From an uncultured Gammaproteobacteria bacterium (lineage in GTDB: Bacteria; Patescibacteriota; Microgenomatia; Levybacterales; UBA12049), in NCBI GenBank assembly GCA_965230895.1, contig OZ246394.1, positions 1,121,887 through 1,185,886 of the forward strand: a stretch of DNA of 64,000 nucleotides, written 5' to 3'. The translations under genes and the position numbers were made by a program. Positions 49,849-58,824 of the stretch are shown here, piece after piece. Position 1 is the stretch's first letter; each line of letters starts with the position of its first letter. Under the pieces are notes generated by a model. It worked only from the letters and a program-made list of their open reading frames with translations, made no database searches and was not told the DNA's origin.

Positions 49849-51696
49849 ATGGAAGACACACTACTCAAGGATTTAAATCCTGAACAGAAAGAAGCCGTAC
49901 TTGCGACAGATGGACCAATGATTATCCTTGCTGGAGCAGGCTCAGGCAAAACAAGAGTCCTCACCTATAAAGTTATGCACCTTCTTTCCAAAAGAAATGT
50001 CGCGCCCGAGGAAATCCTCATGATTACCTTTACCAATAAAGCAGCAAAGGAGATGAAAGAGCGTATGGCAAAGATGTTGAATGCATCTGCTCTTCCATGG
50101 ATCGCAACATTTCATTCTATGTGCGCAAAAATCCTCCGAAGAGAGAGTAAGTATCTTGGGTTTTCAAACAGGTTTGTCATCTATGATTCACAAGATCAGG
50201 TGGATGCAGTGAAAGAAGCTATGGCTCGATTAGGTATATCCACGAAGGATTTCAAGCCTTATTCTGTACTTGCGACCATCTCTCAAGCAAAAAACGAGTT
50301 ACTTACTGCAACAGAGTATTTAAACTTTGCGCGTGGATATTTCCAAGAAAAAGTTTCAAAAATTTATCCTATGTATCAAACAATTCTTAAAGAAAACGAT
50401 GCATTAGATTTTGATGATTTAATCCTTCATACAATTAAGCTTTTTCGAGAGAATGAGAAAATACTCCAACGATATCAAGCTCAATTCAGATATGTACTTA
50501 TAGATGAATACCAGGATACAAATAGAGCCCAGTATACATTAACGAAGCTTCTTTCAGGCCGATGGAAGAATATATGCGTTGTTGGAGATTTTTCTCAAAG
50601 TATTTACAGCTGGCGTGGCGCAGATTATAAAAACTTAATGAGGTTTAAAGAAGATTTCGTTGGGACCAAAACGTTTTCTCTTTCTCAGAACTATAGATCA
50701 ACGCAAAAGATTCTTGATGGAGCCTCATCTGTTATTTCTAAGAACACGACACACCCAGTACTAAAGTTATGGACAAATAATCCAGATGGTGAAGAAATTG
50801 AGCTCTATGAATCAGGCAATGAACAAGAAGAAGCAGATTTTATTATTAGGACGGTTGCAAATCTTGGTTTTAAAAATCTCAATAAAGTCGCGGTTCTTTA
50901 TCGAACAAATGCCCAGTCTCGTGTTATTGAAGAAGCGCTTCTCCATCACGGTTTACCATATCTACTCATTGGAGGAACGAGATTTTATGACAGAAAAGAA
51001 ATTAAAGATGTTCTTTCTTATTTACGAGTCATTTGTAATCCAAAAGATATGGTCGCATATAAACGAATTGAAAAACTCGGTAAAGGACGACTTGCTAAGT
51101 TCCTTGCCTACCAAAGTAGTCTCCCGGAAAACATGAGTGATGAAGAAATTGAACAAAAGGATGAAGAAATTTTATCTCAGGTAAAAACTATCGATATTCT
51201 TGATAATGTTTTAAAGAGTACAAATTATCTCGATCTTTACGATGAAAAGGTTGAGGAAGATCGAGCAAGATTAGAAAATATTAAAGAACTTCGTTCGGTA
51301 GCTATTGAATTCCCAAATTTGCCTGACTTTTTAGAAAATGTGGCATTGGTTGAGCAAGAATATCATTCGGATAAACAAGAAAATAGCGAAAAGAAAAACG
51401 CAATTACACTTATGACACTCCATGCAGCAAAAGGGCTTGAGTTCCCCATCGTCTTTATGATCGGTATGGAAGAAGGACTTTTCCCTCATTCGAGAGCGTT
51501 GATGGATAAAGCAGAATTAGAAGAGGAACGAAGACTTTGTTATGTTGGTATGACTCGCGCAAAAGAAAAGCTTTATTTAACGTATGCAAGAAGACGTCTC
51601 TTTTTCGGTCAAAGAAATACAAATACTGTTTCAAGATTTGTACTTGAGCTTCCTGAGCACCTTATTTCTCAGAAAACAAGCGTAGATTATTTTTAA
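49849..51696 (+). CDS. pcrA: UvrD/PcrA-family ATP-dependent DNA helicase
   Basis: LAGAGSGKT, TFTNKAA, DEYQD, QSIYSWRGA, QNYRST, HAAKGLEF, EERRLCYVGMTRA. Start MEDTLL. Confidence 0.95.
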   Translation: MEDTLLKDLNPEQKEAVLATDGPMIILAGAGSGKTRVLTYKVMHLLSKRNVAPEEILMITFTNKAAKEMKERMAKMLNASALPWIATFHSMCAKILRRESKYLGFSNRFVIYDSQDQVDAVKEAMARLGISTKDFKPYSVLATISQAKNELLTATEYLNFARGYFQEKVSKIYPMYQTILKENDALDFDDLILHTIKLFRENEKILQRYQAQFRYVLIDEYQDTNRAQYTLTKLLSGRWKNICVVGDFSQSIYSWRGADYKNLMRFKEDFVGTKTFSLSQNYRSTQKILDGASSVISKNTTHPVLKLWTNNPDGEEIELYESGNEQEEADFIIRTVANLGFKNLNKVAVLYRTNAQSRVIEEALLHHGLPYLLIGGTRFYDRKEIKDVLSYLRVICNPKDMVAYKRIEKLGKGRLAKFLAYQSSLPENMSDEEIEQKDEEILSQVKTIDILDNVLKSTNYLDLYDEKVEEDRARLENIKELRSVAIEFPNLPDFLENVALVEQEYHSDKQENSEKKNAITLMTLHAAKGLEFPIVFMIGMEEGLFPHSRALMDKAELEEERRLCYVGMTRAKEKLYLTYARRRLFFGQRNTNTVSRFVLELPEHLISQKTSVDYF

Positions 51697-51773
51697 TCTT
51701 ATATACTTCTTACTCAGCAATTACATCTTTCTTGCCTCAACATGATATTTTTGTAATTAGGAGAATAGCCTAT

Positions 51774-52487
51774 ATGAAAGGAACTGTAATCTTTGCAGAC
51801 CAGCCAACTGAAGAACAAAAATTTAGATCTCGTCAAACAGATATTACTGTAACGAAAAATGAGTTGCAAGAAGCTGTTAAGGAGGCCTATGAAAAAGGTG
51901 TAGAAGATGCAAAGAAGGAACTTAAAAAAGAAGAAGCTCCAACTAATGATCCTGATGCTTGGCAAGCAAATTTAACAGCGGAGCAACGTGAAGGTGTAAA
52001 AAAAGGTGAAATAAAAGCCGCGGAAGAGGAAGCAAAAAAGCGAGAGCAAACTAAGCAGAAACTTGATGCTATAGCTGACAAACATGACGTAATTTTATTT
52101 ACTGCTAAGACAGTTTTCCCTTTTAGCATTTTTCCAGATACTCTTGTCATTGATACAACAAAGATAACAATTGTCAGAAAGCAAATGTTTGCGACCGAGA
52201 ATATCATAACTGTTCCTCATAAAGATATTGCGGACGCATCTGTGCAGACGGCACTTTTCCTAGCAACCTTTACATTGACATATACATTACATACTCAGAG
52301 CCCAGGAGCTGCACAGCCTATTACAGAAACTATCTCCAGTTTACGAAGAGAAGATGCAATCAAAGCAAAGAATCTCATTAAAGGTATACTTGTAGCGAGA
52401 GCAGAGAGTATTGATATTTCCAAGATAGAACCAGATGAACTCTTAAATACTATTGAAAGATTCGGACATACTGATGGAGTTGTTTGA
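51774..52487 (+). CDS. Hypothetical protein (coiled coil plus possible bacterial PH-like domain)
   Basis: FPFSIFPDTLVID..KITIV...ITVP..DI..SV beta-rich region. Confidence 0.6.
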   Translation: MKGTVIFADQPTEEQKFRSRQTDITVTKNELQEAVKEAYEKGVEDAKKELKKEEAPTNDPDAWQANLTAEQREGVKKGEIKAAEEEAKKREQTKQKLDAIADKHDVILFTAKTVFPFSIFPDTLVIDTTKITIVRKQMFATENIITVPHKDIADASVQTALFLATFTLTYTLHTQSPGAAQPITETISSLRREDAIKAKNLIKGILVARAESIDISKIEPDELLNTIERFGHTDGVV

Positions 52488-52499
52488 TACAATAGATGT

Positions 52500-53534
52500 A
52501 TGGACATTCTTCCAATAGAAAGTATACACGCCTCTGCGTTCGATAAAGTTACTAAACATCCGCTACAAAGTTTTGAATGGGGTCTTTTTAGAGAGAAAAC
52601 GAAAGTGAAAGTAATCCGCCGCGAAGTTTTTCAGAAAGACAAATTAATTGATGGTTTCCAACTAACTATTCATAAAATTCCAAGAACTCCTTTTACCATC
52701 GGCTATTTACCAAAAGGTACACTTCCAACAAAAGAAATAGTGAAAGAATTACAAAAAATTGGGAAAGAAGAAAAATGCATATTTATCCAGTTGGAACCAA
52801 ACATCATAAAAACAATTAATGGTAACCCAACGAAAGATAGTACCTGGGATTTCAAAAAACTTGGACTTATACGAGCAGCTCATCCGCTTTTTACACAATA
52901 CTCATTTATATTAGATCTGACAAAAACTGAAGAGGAACTCCTCAAAGATATGCATGCGAAATCTCGATACAATATAAAAGTAGCCAGAAAGCATAACGTA
53001 GAGGTTACTCAAAATAATACAGATGCTGGGTTTAAAGAGTATTGGCGCTTAACCGAGGAGACAACACAAAGACAAAAGTTCTATGCTCATACTAAAGAGT
53101 ATCATAAACTTCAATGGGAAACGTTTCCTCATGAGCCGAAAAATGACGCACTTTCTTCGCACCTTTTTACTGCAAAATATGAAGGCAAAACATTAACAGC
53201 GCTATTGTTCTTTGTCTACCACGATACACTTTATTATCCTTATGGTGCATCCAGTAATGAGCATCGCAATGTCATGCATTCTAATCTTGCGATGTGGGAA
53301 GGGATACGTTTTGGACAAAAATTAGGACTCAAGAAATTTGATATGTGGGGAGCCATGGGGCCAAATCCTGATCAAAAAGATCCATGGTTTGGGTTTCATA
53401 ATTTCAAACAAAAGTTCGGTCCAGACCATGTAGAATTTCTTGGGAGTTATGATTTGGTAATTAACCCATTACTTTATCAGAGTTACAAGATAGCTGATAA
53501 ACTCAGATGGATGCTGTTGAAGTTTAAAAAATAA
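52500..53534 (+). CDS. FemABX-family peptidoglycan bridge aminoacyltransferase
   Basis: HPLQSFEWG, LDLTKTEEELL, RYNIKVA, YYPYGAS, FDMWG, FKQKFG. Confidence 0.92.
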   Translation: MDILPIESIHASAFDKVTKHPLQSFEWGLFREKTKVKVIRREVFQKDKLIDGFQLTIHKIPRTPFTIGYLPKGTLPTKEIVKELQKIGKEEKCIFIQLEPNIIKTINGNPTKDSTWDFKKLGLIRAAHPLFTQYSFILDLTKTEEELLKDMHAKSRYNIKVARKHNVEVTQNNTDAGFKEYWRLTEETTQRQKFYAHTKEYHKLQWETFPHEPKNDALSSHLFTAKYEGKTLTALLFFVYHDTLYYPYGASSNEHRNVMHSNLAMWEGIRFGQKLGLKKFDMWGAMGPNPDQKDPWFGFHNFKQKFGPDHVEFLGSYDLVINPLLYQSYKIADKLRWMLLKFKK

Positions 53535-54065
53535 TTATTTTTTGTTTTTAGGGATTTGATAAACGTATACTTCGTCCTCTTCATCTTTTGCAATCATTGG
53601 CAAATCAATTTTGTAAACAAACGTCACAACCTTTGTTCCCGGTTTTAATTCTTCAAGTAATTTAGGGCGTAATCGAGCCATAGTCTTCGGGATAAGGTAC
53701 ATAATAACAACCGATGCATCTGATATATCTACATCAAAAAAGTTTTTCCTATAAATTTTTACCTTGTCAGAAAGTTTGGCGAAACGGATCGACAAGCGAG
53801 AAGTGAAAACGCGAAAAGGATCAATTTCTACTCCAACTCCCATTGCACCAAATTCTTTTGCAGCAATCATAAGTGCTGTTCCTTCACCTGATCCAAGATC
53901 ATAGATAATATCTCCTTTCTGAATTTTTGCGAGTTTGCATTGAATCCGTGCAATACGTGGAGAAGTTCTCCACCAAGGTGACCACGGACTATCAGGTGGC
54001 CAAACCATCGACAGGAGAAAAAATAGAATAACTAAGATAATAAAAACAAGAATTATGAAAAGCAT
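53535..54065 (-). CDS. Membrane-anchored class I SAM methyltransferase
   Basis: N-terminal TM; YDLGSGEG, GVEID, NFF, YL..LKPGTKVV. Confidence 0.88.
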   Translation of the reverse strand: MLFIILVFIILVILFFLLSMVWPPDSPWSPWWRTSPRIARIQCKLAKIQKGDIIYDLGSGEGTALMIAAKEFGAMGVGVEIDPFRVFTSRLSIRFAKLSDKVKIYRKNFFDVDISDASVVIMYLIPKTMARLRPKLLEELKPGTKVVTFVYKIDLPMIAKDEEDEVYVYQIPKNKK

Positions 54066-54132
54066 TAGACTTTCCTATCATATCAAATTTCTACTGTATT
54101 TGATTGACAACCTGCTCTATAATTAAGATACT

Positions 54133-54855
54133 ATGAATCCTTTACTGTATATCATTACATTTGCGGTTAGTGCATATGTTCTTTTAAGTATAGTGCAACC
54201 GCGTCCATCTTTTATTTTATTGCTTCCAATCTTGTTACTAACAATTGGTATTGGCTGGTATCTCAATAAACATATACAGAAAGAGCATGAAGATAATCTA
54301 AAAAAGGACGTAGAATATACGTTAGAGGAAGAAAATGCAACCCATTGGCTCCATCAATCATTTATCCCCAAAACAAATATTCTTCTCAAAAATCATATTA
54401 AGGAAATCATTTTTTATACAGGAATTGTGTTGTTATTATTCATATTTGCATGGAGTTATCTAGTAGCTGGACTGACAAATGCAATTCTTAGCGTTTGTAC
54501 AGCGGCAATTCTTTACTCTTTATTTGTTTTTTATACTTTACACGCAGATAAGTGGTATAAATATTTCTTCAAACATATCCCTAAGCAATATAAACACTTC
54601 CAAAAGAATAACTGGATCCACGGCTATGTAATTCTTCTGCCCTTCACGTTTATTTGTTTTGTCATATATCTCTTGTTTAATTACAATGGCGCTATTTTAA
54701 CACTACTTTTAGGTATTCCTGTATTTATACTTGCCTATACATTATTCTTTTTAGCACTTTACAGTGGATCATATTTGTATAGGGAGTATCGAAAAGATGA
54801 GTTAGAAAATGCAGAAGAATCTTTACGGGAATATCTAAAAGAAGAAAAAAATTAG
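54133..54855 (+). CDS. Hypothetical polytopic membrane protein
   Basis: About 6 TM segments in three pairs; upstream TATAAT. Confidence 0.7.
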   Translation: MNPLLYIITFAVSAYVLLSIVQPRPSFILLLPILLLTIGIGWYLNKHIQKEHEDNLKKDVEYTLEEENATHWLHQSFIPKTNILLKNHIKEIIFYTGIVLLLFIFAWSYLVAGLTNAILSVCTAAILYSLFVFYTLHADKWYKYFFKHIPKQYKHFQKNNWIHGYVILLPFTFICFVIYLLFNYNGAILTLLLGIPVFILAYTLFFLALYSGSYLYREYRKDELENAEESLREYLKEEKN

Positions 54856-55466
54856 CTTCGTGCAAGTGAATTTGCCAGTTTATCTACACGTTCATTATTA
54901 ATATCTCCAGAATGGCCTAAAACTTTTTCATAGTGAACTGTTAATCCATTCTTACTTATAACATCTGCAATATCATAAAATATTTTTGCATTCTCTTTCA
55001 CTTTATCAGGATGCTTCAGTAGATTGTTTAAACTAATCTGACTATCAGAATATATTTTTATCTTCTTTTTGTTATTTTCTGCTGCCCATACAATTGCATG
55101 GTAAATTGCTAACCCTTCAGCAACATTATTTGTTTGCTTGCCTTCAACAAGTCCTGCTCTTTCTGCATCACCTGAGACGAATGCCCAAGCTGCTTTTGCA
55201 CGAGGAGTTCCATTATAGATGCATGCTCCGTCAGTCCAAATCTCGACATCATATTCCATTTTTATTTTTTCTGTGCCGTCAAGTTCCAATGGAATGCTCC
55301 TTGGGTTTAAGACCTTAAATTTGTCACTATGGTACAATTTCTGACAATGAGAACAATAATAGTAATGCGTGTAGTAATATGGTTTTTTTAATTGATCTGC
55401 AGTTCTTTTTGTTGGACGTAACGATAAGACTCTACCACAATTTTTACATAGTTCAGTTTTATCCAT
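54852..55466 (-). CDS. rnhA: Ribonuclease HI with N-terminal CxxC...CxxC module
   Basis: WTDGA, TNNVAE, SDSQ, GHSG..NERVD (all four acidic catalytic residues); N-terminal CKNC and CSHC. Confidence 0.9.
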   Translation of the reverse strand: MDKTELCKNCGRVLSLRPTKRTADQLKKPYYYTHYYYCSHCQKLYHSDKFKVLNPRSIPLELDGTEKIKMEYDVEIWTDGACIYNGTPRAKAAWAFVSGDAERAGLVEGKQTNNVAEGLAIYHAIVWAAENNKKKIKIYSDSQISLNNLLKHPDKVKENAKIFYDIADVISKNGLTVHYEKVLGHSGDINNERVDKLANSLARS

Positions 55467-55496
55467 AGATTTTTATTATACACTGTCCGGAGGTTA

Positions 55497-57632
55497 TTAG
55501 AGGATGAGTTTGTTGTCATTAACTCTTGGCTCGACAACATCTCCAGGCTTTATGGTCCCTTCTATAATTCGCATAGCAATTTCATCTACTAGCTTTTCCT
55601 CTATTGCTCTTCGTAGTGGCCTTGCACCAAAGACAGGATCATATCCAACTTCAGCAAAGTAGAGAGCAAGCTCATCAGTGATCTTCAATTCAATGCCGTT
55701 TTCAGACATGCGTTCCTTTACATGCTCAAGCTGTTGTTCAGTTATCTTCATTAGATCTTTTGGGGAGAGTGAGTTATAAATAATAACTGAATCCAAGCGA
55801 TTAAGAAATTCTGGTCTGAAATGTCCATGCAGGACATCCCAAACTTTTTTCTTTGCATCTTCTTTATCTTTTGCTTCACGGATTACATCTCCACCAAGAT
55901 TACTTGTCATAATAATAATTGTATTTCTGAAATCTACTGTCGTTCCCTTACTATCTGTTAATCGTCCATCATCTAAGAGTTGCAAAAATACATTAAAGAC
56001 CTGTGGATGTGCTTTTTCTATTTCATCAAAAAGGATAACTGAATATGGTCTACGGCGGACTGCTTCGGTCAATTGTCCTCCTTCATCATATCCGACATAT
56101 CCTGGAGGAGCGCCAATCAATCGAGCAACAGCATGTGATTCCATATATTCACTCATATCAATTCGTGTCATAGCATGCTCATCATTGAATAATATTCGAG
56201 CGAGGGCTTTTGCTGTTTCGGTTTTACCGACACCTGTTGGACCTAAGAAAAGGAACGATCCAATTGGTTTATCTTTTTCGCCAAGACCTGAACGGGATCT
56301 GCGAATTGCTCGAGATAAAACAGTTACTGCCTCCTCTTGCCCAACGACTTGATCCTTCAGATCATCTTCAAGTTGTAACAATCTCTCTGATTCTGTAGAG
56401 AGGATTCTGGTTGCTGGAATTCCGGTCCATCGACTCACAACTCTTGCGATATCATCATCATCGACTTCTTCACGAAGTACTCGTTCTTCTGAAGGAATTT
56501 GATCCCATTCGTCATGAAGCTCTTTTAATTTCTTCTCCAGCTCAGGAATTTTGCCATATTTAATTTCTGCTGCTTTTTGTAAATCAACATCGCGCTCTGC
56601 TTGCTCTAGCTCCACTCGATGAGCATCAATCTTTGCACGAATCTCCTGAATTTTTTGAATCATATCTTTTTGTTTTGTCCATCGTTCTTCGAGCTTCTGT
56701 GACTTCTCTTTCAACTTTTCTAATTCATTTTCTTGCTGTGCTTTTCTACTTTTTGCAATTTCAGTTTTTTCACGTTTAAGAGCAGCCAATTCAATTTCTA
56801 TTTGCGTAATCTTCCTCTTCAACTCGTCTAATTCTGCGGGCATACTTTCGGTCTCAATTTTTATCGCTGCCGCTGCCTCATCGATTAAATCAATTGCTTT
56901 ATCTGGTAAAAATCGTTGTGGAATGTATTGAGCAGATAGTCTTGCTGAAGCGATAATTGCATTATCTGTAATGCGAATCCCATGATGAAGCTCATATTTT
57001 TGCTTAATCCCTCGAAGGATAGAGATCGTATCTTCTATTGTCGGCTCGTCTACGGCAACTGGTTGAAATCTTCGGGCAAGCGCAGGATCTTTCTCAATAT
57101 ACTTTCTGTATTCGGCAATTGTTGTCGCGCCAATCATACGAAGACTCCCACGAGCAAGTGCAGGTTTGAGAATATTGGCAGCATCGGTTGAACCTTCTGC
57201 TGCTCCACCACCAACTAGTGTGTGGAGCTCATCGATGAACATAACATATTTACCATCTGCTTCTTCTACAGCTTTAATCACTCCTTTTAATCGTTCTTCA
57301 AATTCGCCACGAAATTTCGCACCAGCAAGAAGCTGTGCAAAATCGAGTACAACAAGTTCTTTATCTTTAAGTGGAGTTGGGACTGCATGTTCAATTATTT
57401 TTTGAGCGAGTCCCTCTACGATTGCGGTTTTACCAACGCCAGGGTCACCTATGAGGATTGGATTATTCTTTGTTCTCCTCGAGAGAATTTCCATTACTCG
57501 GCGAATTTCTACTTCTCTACCGACGACAGGATCAATCTTTCCTTGTTTCGCATTATTTGTTAAATTGATTGTGAATTTCTCAAGGGCTTCTGTTGGGGAG
57601 ACTGGCTTGAGAAGATCTTGAATGTTATCCAT
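55497..57632 (-). CDS. clpB: ClpB disaggregase lacking the N-terminal domain
   Basis: Two AAA+ modules (GDPGVGKT, GPTGVGKT), long M-domain coiled coil (AAEIKYGKIPELE), GYVGY. Confidence 0.93.
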   Translation of the reverse strand: MDNIQDLLKPVSPTEALEKFTINLTNNAKQGKIDPVVGREVEIRRVMEILSRRTKNNPILIGDPGVGKTAIVEGLAQKIIEHAVPTPLKDKELVVLDFAQLLAGAKFRGEFEERLKGVIKAVEEADGKYVMFIDELHTLVGGGAAEGSTDAANILKPALARGSLRMIGATTIAEYRKYIEKDPALARRFQPVAVDEPTIEDTISILRGIKQKYELHHGIRITDNAIIASARLSAQYIPQRFLPDKAIDLIDEAAAAIKIETESMPAELDELKRKITQIEIELAALKREKTEIAKSRKAQQENELEKLKEKSQKLEERWTKQKDMIQKIQEIRAKIDAHRVELEQAERDVDLQKAAEIKYGKIPELEKKLKELHDEWDQIPSEERVLREEVDDDDIARVVSRWTGIPATRILSTESERLLQLEDDLKDQVVGQEEAVTVLSRAIRRSRSGLGEKDKPIGSFLFLGPTGVGKTETAKALARILFNDEHAMTRIDMSEYMESHAVARLIGAPPGYVGYDEGGQLTEAVRRRPYSVILFDEIEKAHPQVFNVFLQLLDDGRLTDSKGTTVDFRNTIIIMTSNLGGDVIREAKDKEDAKKKVWDVLHGHFRPEFLNRLDSVIIYNSLSPKDLMKITEQQLEHVKERMSENGIELKITDELALYFAEVGYDPVFGARPLRRAIEEKLVDEIAMRIIEGTIKPGDVVEPRVNDNKLIL

Positions 57633-57642
57633 ATCTTCCCCA

Positions 57643-57678
57643 ATTTTACAATTAGCAATGCGTCATGTCAAGTGCTAA
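57643..57678 (-). promoter_or_regulatory. clpB promoter overlapped by a CIRCE (HrcA operator)-like inverted repeat
   Basis: Minus strand TTGACA-17 nt-TAAAAT (57671-57643). TTAGCACTT-N9-CATTGCTAA (57678-57652) compares with the CIRCE consensus TTAGCACTC-N9-GAGTGCTAA. Confidence 0.8.
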
Positions 57679-57777
57679 TTTGAGTATATTTTAACGTACT
57701 GGAGCCGTAAATACTGTAAAAAATGATCCAAAAATATTTCGTAATTGTTTTTCGATAAATGCTATCATACCTGCCTA

Positions 57778-57968
57778 TGTATCCTCCTTTCTGTAAGATT
57801 CTTGTTTCTAAAAGAGAAGGTTATCTGTCATTACTGATCGTTAGTCCTTACGGGTCGATTCAGAATGGCTTTAAAGACAACCTATCTTTTCTTTATTAAA
57901 CATCTAATTGATTAATTTAATCTTAAGGCTTCTGCCTAAGAATAAAACCAAAAATGCGTAAGGATACA
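57778..57968. ncRNA. Putative ~190 nt structured RNA (long interrupted hairpin)
   Basis: Nested complementary pairs TGTATCCT/AGGATACA, TAAGATT/AATCTTA, TGTTT/AAACA, AAAGAGAAGGTTATCT/AGACAACCTATCTTTTCTTT, GTCATT/AATGGC and CTGA/TCAG. Confidence 0.45.
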
Positions 57969-58035
57969 GTAATAGTAAAGATCTCTGTAAAGAAGAGCTT
58001 GCTGAAGAATTAATGTGTCGATATAATGCTTCGAC

Positions 58036-58773
58036 ATGGAAAAACCAAGAATTCTCATACCTCTGCCTATTTCAAATCTTAAATCAGAAGGAATTATTAC
58101 GAGCAAAAGTTTTCATAAACTGCAACGTGAAGGATTTCAACCGCTAGTAGCAACTGTGACAATGCGACCAAGCGAAATCAAATCCTTATACAACAAAGTC
58201 GACGGTGTCGTGTTTCCTGGTGGTAGCGACATTGATCCTCAACTTTATGGCCAGCGGACACATAGTGCTGCCGGAGAGATCAATAGAGAACAAGATAGAT
58301 TTGAATTAGAACTTGCGAAAAGATTACTCGATGATGAAAAACCAACTTTAGGTATTTGTAGAGGAGCTCAGATGCTTGCGATCGCAAATGGAGGAGAGCT
58401 TTTTCAGCATATACCAGATATTACAAAAGAGCCCCATGGTGTTTCAATTGATGTTGAAGGAGAGTCAAGTTTTCACGATATTGTCGTATTTGAAAATACA
58501 CAAGCACACAATATTTTTGGTACAAATAGATTAAGAAGTATTATATCCAGGCATCATCAAGCAATAGCAAGTCCGGGGAAAATGCAAACTTCTGGAGAGT
58601 CACCGGAAAGAATTATTGAAATCATTGAGAATCCCACTCATCCTTTTTATTTTGGGATTCAACCACACCTAGAATTACTCCAACCATCAGATATGGCTTA
58701 TAGAAATACTTCAGATTTATTCAATGCATATAAAGATGCTGTACTTATCTATGTTGGTCAATCAAAAAATTAG
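58036..58773 (+). CDS. Gamma-glutamyl hydrolase, peptidase C26/PuuD-like (class I glutamine amidotransferase fold)
   Basis: PGGSDIDPQLYG, QDRFE, LGICRGAQ (catalytic Cys), SRHHQAI, IQPHLE (His/Glu). Confidence 0.92.
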   Translation: MEKPRILIPLPISNLKSEGIITSKSFHKLQREGFQPLVATVTMRPSEIKSLYNKVDGVVFPGGSDIDPQLYGQRTHSAAGEINREQDRFELELAKRLLDDEKPTLGICRGAQMLAIANGGELFQHIPDITKEPHGVSIDVEGESSFHDIVVFENTQAHNIFGTNRLRSIISRHHQAIASPGKMQTSGESPERIIEIIENPTHPFYFGIQPHLELLQPSDMAYRNTSDLFNAYKDAVLIYVGQSKN

Positions 58774-58796
58774 ATTTTGCCCTTAGGATATCCCTG

Positions 58797-58824
58797 TTGC
58801 TCATCCATAAACATGTGTTATAAT
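58797..58824 (+). promoter_or_regulatory. Promoter upstream of the ligase fusion gene
   Basis: TTGCTC-16 nt-TATAAT with extended -10 TG; implies a ~190 nt 5' leader. Confidence 0.6.

Noticed and set aside
57691-57790. Minus-strand AAAGGAGG followed by a 25 aa ORF (MIAFIEKQLRNIFGSFFTVFTAPVR), suggesting a type I toxin
   Set aside because: The SD-to-ATG spacing is 14 nt, the peptide has no clear TM helix, and genes here do not appear to use SD motifs.
57810-57895. SRP RNA or hammerhead ribozyme identity for the hairpin
   Set aside because: It lacks the SRP helix-8 CAGG/AGCAG internal loop and the CUGANGA/GAAA hammerhead core.
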